A DNA stretch of 64,000 nucleotides from a virus. The position numbers were made by a program, and so were the translations under genes. The notes beneath the pieces are model-generated. The model had not been told where the DNA came from. It saw nothing but the letters and a program-made list of their open reading frames with translations, and did no database searches. Positions 28,330 through 36,700 of this stretch are shown here, piece by piece. The stretch lies in the IMG/VR virus record IMGVR_UViG_3300022751_000016, positions 78,451-142,450 of that record; one strand, 5' to 3'. The number at the start of each line of letters is the position of its first letter. Within the stretch, counting starts at the first letter, position 1.

Positions 28330-28808
28330 GGCTTTATAATTGTTATTTCTTTATTTTGTTTTCGCGCATATTTTACACAATTTCCTGTACCTCCGTCTGT
28401 TTCATCCCACACCGCGATAACATAGTCTGATTTATCAACCATCCAAATATTTCTAACCTGCATAAGGTACGGCTTATAATCTTCATCAGTAACCAAAACT
28501 ACTTCGTCACTCTTATCACAAACCTCTTGCCATAAATCTCTAGATTCTTTATTCCACTTATTTGGATGATTTCTACAAGGTATAGCCGATATAAGTTTTA
28601 TATGCGGATATTTTTCTTGTAGTTTTAAAACTATTTTGGCTGACCACAAGTCAATTCCTAAAGCTAATCCATTTATAAAGGTATCTACTTTGTGTTCTTC
28701 AATGTGTCTTACAATTTCTGTGTGTAATCTCCATAACAAATCTCTATTGTCTTCTGCATTATAACCTTTTAATTTATTTGGTCTGTGACCCGTGAAGCAT
28801 GTTGTCAT
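28326..28808 (-). CDS. YspA/DUF1273 SLOG-family protein
   Basis: FTGHRP, GLALGIDLW, RNIWMVD, AVWD and GGTGNCVKYA motifs. Confidence 0.9.
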   Translation of the reverse strand: MTTCFTGHRPNKLKGYNAEDNRDLLWRLHTEIVRHIEEHKVDTFINGLALGIDLWSAKIVLKLQEKYPHIKLISAIPCRNHPNKWNKESRDLWQEVCDKSDEVVLVTDEDYKPYLMQVRNIWMVDKSDYVIAVWDETDGGTGNCVKYARKQNKEITIIKP

Positions 28809-29100
28809 TGTTGTATATTTCGTTAGCTTTTTCTATTGCGGCATTTATAGCATTAATTCTATTTTCTTGAAATTGACTACATTCAGTTCTAACATCATTT
28901 TGTAAAATATAGGAATCAAATGTTTCATCAATACATATTAAAACTCCTATGTAAATCCCAACTGAATCAAAGAAATCAATTATTAAAGCATTTTTACAAG
29001 TATCTGATAAACTATGGTAATTTTTATACTCTTCTATTGGCGTATTTCTTTCAAAGAACCACATTCCAAAATCTTCATTACATTTACCTGTCAATTTCAT
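28774..29100 (-). CDS. hypothetical protein
   Basis: 108 aa, FFDSVGIYI..AIEKANEIYN. Confidence 0.7.
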   Translation of the reverse strand: MKLTGKCNEDFGMWFFERNTPIEEYKNYHSLSDTCKNALIIDFFDSVGIYIGVLICIDETFDSYILQNDVRTECSQFQENRINAINAAIEKANEIYNNDNMLHGSQTK

Positions 29101-29119
29101 ATATTAAGTTTTTATCCCA

Positions 29120-29151
29120 CAAATATAATGAAAAAATTCCCAAATGACAAG
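29120..29151 (-). promoter_or_regulatory. Bacteroidota sigma70 promoter overlapping a terminator
   Basis: Minus strand CTTG-N20-TATATTTG. Confidence 0.65.
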
Positions 29152-29164
29152 ACAAATGGGAATT
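29131..29164 (-). terminator. intrinsic terminator after the PRS-like gene
   Basis: Minus strand AATTCCCA..TGGGAATT followed by a T-run; similar in sequence to the terminator at 6907. Confidence 0.6.
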
Positions 29165-29169
29165 AATTT

Positions 29170-29985
29170 TTAAAATAATTTTATAACTTCTAAATTCTCT
29201 GCTTTTGAAGCTCCTCCACCATCTTTATGAAGAATTGGGAAATACTCTTCATATTTAGAATTAGTAGTAAATACTTTATCGAATAAAGTGAATAATTCAG
29301 GATTAGGATTAGGTACTGTTAAATGACTCACTGCTAAATATAATTTTCCAATATTTCTTTCTCTAAGCATTTTTGCCAGTCCTACGAATGTTCCTCCATA
29401 AACTGAAATGTCATCAATAATTAAAATATCTTTACCTTCAAAATCTTGTCTGTCAATTACTTGGACTAACTTGGATTTTCCTTCTTCATATTTTCTACTT
29501 TTTGATGCTCCATAAACTTCTCCTCTCCATTTCAGTTTATCCGCTAATTTCATGAGAGGTTTAAAACCTCCTGCATCACTAGAAAATAATACTGTATCTT
29601 GTGTAAAAGTTTCAGTTCTTATTTGCTTGAAAACTTCTTGTATAAACTCACTATTATCTATAATCTCTACATTATCCATCAAAGCTTCTACAACTTCTCC
29701 ATTATGAGGATGAAAAATCTTAAAGTTAGCTTCTAGATTGTTTAAAAATTTCAACACTAACTTCAAACCGCTAGACTCTCCTTTATTAAATCTTCTATCT
29801 GCCTGTGCATCAATTAAATTAGGAATGATGATGTTCGGTCTGATTCCGTTATGTTCACTACGAAAGGCATCAACAAATTGATTTAAGTGCCACAGGTCTT
29901 CATAACTGTTTATTCTAAAAACTTGTTCACCTAATTTCGTACTATTAATACAACTTGTTCCGTCTGGGTATTTATTTAAGTGCAT
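29170..29985 (-). CDS. ribose-phosphate pyrophosphokinase-like protein (PRS or ADPR-PP synthetase, Adps-like)
   Basis: YPDG, QADRR, HPH, SSDAGG, IIDDISVYGGTF PRT loop, VSH and FTTNS motifs. Confidence 0.9.
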   Translation of the reverse strand: MHLNKYPDGTSCINSTKLGEQVFRINSYEDLWHLNQFVDAFRSEHNGIRPNIIIPNLIDAQADRRFNKGESSGLKLVLKFLNNLEANFKIFHPHNGEVVEALMDNVEIIDNSEFIQEVFKQIRTETFTQDTVLFSSDAGGFKPLMKLADKLKWRGEVYGASKSRKYEEGKSKLVQVIDRQDFEGKDILIIDDISVYGGTFVGLAKMLRERNIGKLYLAVSHLTVPNPNPELFTLFDKVFTTNSKYEEYFPILHKDGGGASKAENLEVIKLF

Positions 29986-30436
29986 CTTTCAAATCTTTTT
30001 TTAATTCTGTTAAATTTTTATATAAGGGTATTCTATATTTATCACAAACAATTTGGATATTTCCACTTCTGTAGAATTTATCAGGACAGCAAACTAATAA
30101 TTTACCGCTTTTTGCGAAAAGCCCTAACTCCAATAAAGTTATTGGTGATTTACTATCAGGTAATAAATTCAAAACAATATAATCAGCTCTTTCTAAAGCA
30201 TCTAATTCCCAATTTACTTGTTGATAAAATTGCGGATTCTCGTACTTTTGTTCCCAACTACTATCCCAAGACTCTCTCCTTGGATTATAAAAAGAAAGTC
30301 TAGTATATTCGCTGAAATATTTAGTAAATTCTGTTTGCCAATCTTCACTATTTCCCATATCAATAGTTCCTGCTAAAAATATGGAAAGTTGTACCTTTCG
30401 CTCTTCTATTTGATTTGGCGGTGTAAATACTCTCAT
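29972..30436 (-). CDS. nucleoside 2-deoxyribosyltransferase-like protein (Nuc_deoxyri_tr2 type)
   Basis: IFLAGTID..WQ, NPRR, QVNWEL, SPITLLELGL and R.GN motifs. Confidence 0.85.
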   Translation of the reverse strand: MRVFTPPNQIEERKVQLSIFLAGTIDMGNSEDWQTEFTKYFSEYTRLSFYNPRRESWDSSWEQKYENPQFYQQVNWELDALERADYIVLNLLPDSKSPITLLELGLFAKSGKLLVCCPDKFYRSGNIQIVCDKYRIPLYKNLTELKKDLKDALK

Positions 30437-31155
30437 AACTCTATTTTTCTTATTACTTTACTTGTATCTTGTTTTATCACTAAATGTTGAAATCTGTCAT
30501 AGAATTTAGAATCTTCTGCCCTATATTCATAAATAAACCAACCGTGTTTTTGTAACTCTTTTATATCTTCCTTAGTAAACCACTGATATAAATCTTCTAA
30601 TGTCGGAACTGCCGATAACCACCCTACTAACTCTTGGTCAAAATCCATTTTAAGCTCCGCATTAGCACAAAAATTAAACCTATCGTGAATTAATCCTGTA
30701 AAATTTCCATCAAATTGATACCATAAACCCTGCTTAGTTTCTTCATTACAAACTCTGTAAAATGTATTTTTCTTTACTTCTGAAACTAGTTTTGTTAAAG
30801 TGTAATACGTTTCTCGAATCGAACTCCTGTCATCAATGTATATATTCGCGTATAACTTTCTATTTCCTCTAACACCGTAAGGAGCATCTTCATTTATTGA
30901 ATGATAGGGTATATTATTTTCCGCCAAAAAAGATTTAATAAAAACTGTATCTTGATTGCCTGTCCACATAATAATGTAGCAACCAATATCATATAAATCT
31001 CTTACTAGTTGTCTAACCATTTCATACGATTCTCCTGTTCCATGAAAGTCGAAAACAGTGTCGTCTACATCGACTGCGACGATTAAGCTTCCGTATTTAT
31101 TGTATTCCGCCCAGAGTCTTTCATAGGCTGAATTTTCTTTTAAATATTTATCCAT
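30433..31155 (-). CDS. HAD-superfamily phosphatase-like domain fused to an uncharacterised C-terminal domain
   Basis: AVDVDDT, WTG, K..A.IYIDDR; a second domain begins at TFYRV. Confidence 0.75.
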   Translation of the reverse strand: MDKYLKENSAYERLWAEYNKYGSLIVAVDVDDTVFDFHGTGESYEMVRQLVRDLYDIGCYIIMWTGNQDTVFIKSFLAENNIPYHSINEDAPYGVRGNRKLYANIYIDDRSSIRETYYTLTKLVSEVKKNTFYRVCNEETKQGLWYQFDGNFTGLIHDRFNFCANAELKMDFDQELVGWLSAVPTLEDLYQWFTKEDIKELQKHGWFIYEYRAEDSKFYDRFQHLVIKQDTSKVIRKIEL

Positions 31156-31895
31156 TAGTCTGTGATTTCTATTTTATAGTTATACATTGCGTGATGACAT
31201 TCTATGGAAATTAAAGTTTTCCACTCGTCCGCTACTTCTTTTATATACTTTTCTTTTGCTGTTTTATAAGCTTGAAATGCCTCCTCTGGGGTGTTAAAAC
31301 GTCCTAAATCTACATATTCTTCTTTCTTATGAAACCTCGCTTTGTATTTTTTATCTGCCTTAGTAACTCCAATTGGGTATTTTCCTCGAACCTTGTTACT
31401 TTTTACAAACAAAGAGTTTATTTCGTGAGGTACAAAGCAACATGTTTCCTGAGAATAAAAAATATTCCCTTTGACAAAAATGTCTTTATCTAATTCCCAT
31501 CCTTGCATATAAGGTTTCCAATTATCTTCATACCACTTAGCAAAATTCTGAAAACATTTCCAGTCTTCAATAACAAAACAATTTTTATAAGTTTGGTAAT
31601 TTTTCTGATACTTGTCACTATAACTCCTTTGTAATATGCCAGCCCACTTTTTGTATATTTCAGGATGTGTTTTGTTTGTATATTTACCAACCCCTAAATA
31701 ACCAACTCCGTACACAGAAGGATGATTGGGATTTTTTACAACTCCCTCTTTAATGTGCCCATATTGAATATTTTTTAATATTACTCCATCTTCAAATTGT
31801 ACAGCACAGTTGTTGCATCCAAAGTATTCAATGATTTCCATTTTGAGACCTTGCTTGTTAATATACACCTTTCCTACTTTGTTGTTATATCTCAT
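31155..31895 (-). mobile_element. HNH-type homing endonuclease with AP2-like C-terminal domain
   Basis: YKKWAGILQR, W..FQNFAKW, LDKDI..YS..C.FVP..IN, PIGV and LGRFNTPEEAFQAY motifs. Confidence 0.8.
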
Positions 31896-33381
31896 TGATT
31901 CTTTGTCTTATTAAACTGAGTGTTGTTTGATTGTAGTAGTTGCCGTCCTTAAATCTAACTTTTAGTTGGTTTTCTTCTGATGATAATTCTTCTAAACTCG
32001 CTTGGTCTTTCAAATAATACTCCCCATTTTCATCTTTAAACACTACTGTTAAACCTTTTGCTGATTTTTTAATTCCGTCGTCAGTTACGGGGTCTTTCAT
32101 AATTTCAACTAATTCTCCATTTCTTTGTTGTGCAATACATTTCAAAGCCATTCCCCAAGTATCTCTTGTTACCATTTGCATAGAGAAACTACCTTGACCG
32201 AAGAAGCAGTTACTTGCTGCAAAACTTTTAGCTTCTAGGCGCGAAAAGATTTCTTTAATATTATTTTGGTTAATTGCCTCACCATAAATCATTCCTATGT
32301 GAGAATCTAAAACTTTAAAACCTTCTTCGTTAACTGTTCCGCCGAAAACGTCCCAAAGAAGTTCAATTACACCTTTGTTTTTTGGCGAAATGGTTACAGG
32401 TTGTGAATAAGCTTTATTTGTTTTATAATTAATAGGTTCTCCACAAATAATATCTACAGGATTTCCTGAATCAGGTCGAATAACTAATTTACCATCACGA
32501 GCCATAATAATATCTTTCAATTTAGGCAAGTAATCTGTTAAAACTCTCCACAAATCAAAACTGTCTGATACTAGTGACATGATTCCTGTTGGAAACTTAG
32601 TAAGCAGATTTTCATATATTTCAAATTCTCCTTCGATTCCACCCGCTGTCATTTGGCTGTGCTCTGAAGCTCTCACACTAAATACAGGCGTAGATGTTTC
32701 ATCATAATAATGCTGAGAAGCTTTTATTACTGGTAAACTGTCAGAACCCATAGATACAGAAGCAAAAGCTAATCCTGAACCAATCGCCGCATCTAAGCCT
32801 GTTAAACCACGCATAGAGAAATCATGTAACATAAAATCAACAGCTCCAACATTATCTTTATCTGTTTTTAACACTGCCTCTTTAACTATTCTCTTCATTA
32901 AGAGTACATTAGTTGCTGTTGTTAATGGTTGCCACAGTAAATTACTTAGAATAGTTTCAATGTAATTAGTAACCCAAGCAAATCTAATGTCAGTGTTGTA
33001 TAAAAATAACACAGGAATTTTAATAGCAGATTCTGTCCCTTCATCTAAAGTTCTAATCTCTAAAGGTAAATATCCTAAATCATGCAGTTCTTCAATATGT
33101 TTTGTATCGTAATCTACGTCCAAATAAGCTGAAAAATTAGTTTTTACATCATTAATAATATCTTCTTTTCGAATGTTAAAAAAGTTTTCATTAAAATGCT
33201 CCACTATAAAACGGATTGCATATTGGTGTCCAAAATTTAATACTTTACCATTATTACCTTTTGGTGCGTATTTATTACTTCGCGGAGTAAAATTACTGTA
33301 CACGATTTCTGTACCGTCTTGATACATTTCAAAGTGGGAAATTTTATATCCATCTACTAAAAACATACTATTCATTCTCAT
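31885..33381 (-). CDS. nadV: nicotinamide phosphoribosyltransferase-like protein (Nampt or Namat)
   Basis: DGYKISH, HDFSMRG, GSDS, ASEHS, VSDSFD, IRPDSG, IYGE, KDPVTD and KKSAKG motifs. Confidence 0.92.
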   Translation of the reverse strand: MRMNSMFLVDGYKISHFEMYQDGTEIVYSNFTPRSNKYAPKGNNGKVLNFGHQYAIRFIVEHFNENFFNIRKEDIINDVKTNFSAYLDVDYDTKHIEELHDLGYLPLEIRTLDEGTESAIKIPVLFLYNTDIRFAWVTNYIETILSNLLWQPLTTATNVLLMKRIVKEAVLKTDKDNVGAVDFMLHDFSMRGLTGLDAAIGSGLAFASVSMGSDSLPVIKASQHYYDETSTPVFSVRASEHSQMTAGGIEGEFEIYENLLTKFPTGIMSLVSDSFDLWRVLTDYLPKLKDIIMARDGKLVIRPDSGNPVDIICGEPINYKTNKAYSQPVTISPKNKGVIELLWDVFGGTVNEEGFKVLDSHIGMIYGEAINQNNIKEIFSRLEAKSFAASNCFFGQGSFSMQMVTRDTWGMALKCIAQQRNGELVEIMKDPVTDDGIKKSAKGLTVVFKDENGEYYLKDQASLEELSSEENQLKVRFKDGNYYNQTTLSLIRQRINEI

Positions 33382-33408
33382 ATTTTATCTTTTTAAAGTT
33401 TTACATGG

Positions 33409-33439
33409 CAAATATAATACTTTTAATTGGTTCTGCAAA
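33409..33439 (-). promoter_or_regulatory. Bacteroidota sigma70 promoter of the NAD operon
   Basis: Minus strand TTTG-N19-TATATTTG. Confidence 0.85.
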
Positions 33440-33467
33440 AGAAAACAAGGAAATTCTTCCACAAAAT

Positions 33468-33489
33468 AAAAAACCCTCTTAATAGAGGG
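33468..33489 (-). terminator. intrinsic terminator ending the virion module
   Basis: Minus strand CCCTCT-ATTA-AGAGGG followed by T6. Confidence 0.8.
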
Positions 33490-33714
33490 CTAGTTTGTTG
33501 GTTTTTTAAGTCTTTGTAATTCAATTCGAAGACGGTCTTCTTCTTTGACACTGAGCTCATCGAACAAGTATTCTGCTAGGTCTAAAACATTTGCAAAGAT
33601 GTCAATTGTCGATTGTTCTAAATTCACTCCTAATTTCTCTAACTGCCATAATTGTTTTGCATCCATAATTATATAATTTATAACAAATATAGTATAAAAA
33701 AGTAAATACGCCAA
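33490..33714 (-). CDS. hypothetical protein (start may be the ATG at 33666)
   Basis: ORF between the giant cargo gene and the terminator. Confidence 0.55.
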   Translation of the reverse strand: MAYLLFYTIFVINYIIMDAKQLWQLEKLGVNLEQSTIDIFANVLDLAEYLFDELSVKEEDRLRIELQRLKKPTN

Positions 33715-33729
33715 ATAAATAACAAAAAT

Positions 33730-36700
33730 TTATTCTTTATCTCTAGCTATGTACATTAAAGGGCTAAGTTTAAATACGTCGTTTCTCACTTCTGTTTGAT
33801 ATCTCAGATTTTCAAATTGTTGTGCTGGGTCTCTCAATTTAATGAAACTATTTAAGATTGGTGTATTTTTTCTCAAAGTTTCTACTCCTTTACTTTCATC
33901 AAACATATTGGACATCTGAACCATTGTATCATAAGCTAAGACAGGTGATTCCATTATTTGTTGGTAATTTGAATAAATACCTAAATTCGACTGATAAACC
34001 TCACTATTTAATCTAGCTAAGATTAGATTTGTAAATTGTAAGCTATAAACATCTTTTTTGTCAGGGTCATCTGCAATTCCGCGAACTAAGAGTGATAAAA
34101 GCATTAGAGTATTGGCAATTACTACATCCTTCATTACTCTTTTTAAATTAGCTTGTCTTAAATCAACTTCTTCCCAATTTTCAGCATCTTTATTTGTGCC
34201 GTTATACTCATCTTTAAATGCTTTCAAAATATTACCGCCATTCTGTTTCCACTCATTTATTACACCACCTAAAAACTTATAAGTAGAGTTATAACTTCCT
34301 TCTTCTAAAGACCTTGTTAATGAGTTAAACTGTTGTGTTTTAAATCTAGATTCTGTTAGTGGGATAATGAAAGATTTGTGTGTAAGTAATAAATTCCACA
34401 AGAAATGTCTTTGTATCCCTACTTTTTCTTCCTGTGGGAGTTGCATATCAATCTTTACATTTAAATTCTTTGTTTGTGCGCGAATATCATTACTGATACT
34501 TAGTATTTCTTCATCTAATCGAGTTCCTTCTAGATTTATAGCTTGTCCTAGCTGTTCTCTATTAAAACTCACTTCTCCATCTTTAGTTTCTATATAGTTG
34601 TAAATAGGATTGTTATCATATTCTTTCCACATTTCTTCCACTTGCTTCAGAGATTTTCCCTGTCTTCTATGCACTTGTCTGAAAGACTGGAAATTATGTA
34701 TTCTTCCATCTGCAATTCTGTAGTCGTGCAAAGTAGTTAACAAGTTCTTAGCAAATATAGGATAAGCCACTGCTTGATAAAGTCCCATTGCTGTTCTTGG
34801 AGCAGCTCTGGCTAACCACCCATATTGTGAATTTCTAAGACCTACTTCTAAATCAAAGGCTTGAAAAAATTGACCCAAGACATTTAATTTAGCTTCGGTG
34901 TTTACTTGTCCAAATTCTAATAACGAATCTTTAACCAGCTTGTCAAATTCCTTAGAGCCTTTTTTATAAGTGTTGTTTTGCATATATTGTCCTGCCCATC
35001 TTTCTTGAAGTTGTGCCACTTTCATAGTGCCATACCCCGTCAAAGAGATAATAGGAGAGAATCCTAAGTTTTTTAAACTAATGAATTTCATTCCACTTTT
35101 AACAATTTTAGCTCCTGACAATGTTCCAAATGCTGTTTCAAAGGGTAATGTTACTTCCTCTTTAATTCCATAGTATTGATAGTCAATAACAGCTTTAACT
35201 TGTTTGTAAGCATTTGTTGATTCAACAGCTTTTCCATTATATTGTCTTAAATTAATAGAATCTGAAATACTATTAATATCTCCATAAGCATTAACTTTAG
35301 CTTTTCTTAGGAATCCTTCTTTTCCGCGCATAAATAAAGTGTAGAATAAGTCTTCTGTTGCTAAATCTTTACTGTCTCTTAATTTCTGTACATACGGCTG
35401 TGGAATTACATTTATACCATTATATCTTTCTCCTTCTACTTGTTCTTCCTGAGTGTATGCAAAGGTGTCCTTCAAAGCAGCTACAACTGTGGAAATAGAT
35501 GGGTTTGCAACTAAACTTTTAGTTCTTTCTAATCCGTTTTTTCTCACTTGCGGCATTGTAAAATAATTATATCCTGTATCAGCCATACCTTCTGCATCTA
35601 AACTAGCTTCGTTATAATCTAAAACGGCATTATATACTTTAGCTAATTTTTGATTTGAAGAGGAATCAACTATAATTCTATCATTCTCCACTTTTACATT
35701 TTGTCCGAATTTATCATAGAATGCTTTATTTTTAAACTTTGCTACATTTGGTTGTAAATACCCTACTCTTGAAGTTCTATCATAATTAGGGTTTATACTT
35801 CCATCTTCCTGTGCATCATAGAATGAGTAGTTAGGATTTATATTTATGAAATTAGTGGGGTCATTTACAGTGTCTTGCAATAACTCAGTTAAATTTTCCG
35901 TTGTTTGTAATTCTTGTCTAAACTGTGAATAGCTCGCTGGAGCGAATCTTTTATAGTATGGTAGTAATTTAGTCTTACCATATTCTTGCATGAAATAAAT
36001 ATACTCCTCCGTATTATTTAAATCTAATTCTCTTTCATTAGCCAGTCTCTCTATACTTAGAGGTAATGTAGCTCTTTTACCTAGTCTAAATTGCTCAATT
36101 TGATATTTATCATTTAAAAGCTTATTTTTATTTCTTGTTGTTGAATTTTGCCCAATAAAATCTATCAGTTTATCTAATTGTTTCAATTGCTCTTCTTCTG
36201 AGGTAGATGGGTCTATATTCAGTCCTAAATCTGCCACTTCTTTATTGAAAGATTCATTTGACTCACTAATTCCTATTGAAACCTCTCTTTCTTCAAATGT
36301 AGATTTAATGTATTTTGAAGCTTTCTCATAATTAGCTTCCAAACGTTCTTGTACATTTCTAATACTATCTTTTGAAGTTTGAGATATGTCTTCACTTATT
36401 TCAGAAGGACTCCCTTTTTTTGCCCAAGTTTTTAAAATACCACGAACTCTTATTCTATCTTCTTCGATGCTTTGAATAAGTTCTTGTACTTCTGGATTAG
36501 CTTGTTTAACTGTTTCTAATTTATCTAAAATATCTTGACTTTCGGCATCACCCATACTAGACCAGAAAGCTTCACTAAATCCTATGAAGGAATTTAAGTT
36601 TATAGCTTTAATAGCCGCTTCTCTTCCTTTTGTATTGTCTATATTTGTAATTAAATCTAGATATGTTTGAGGTAAGGTTTCTATAGTGAATAAGTCTTCT

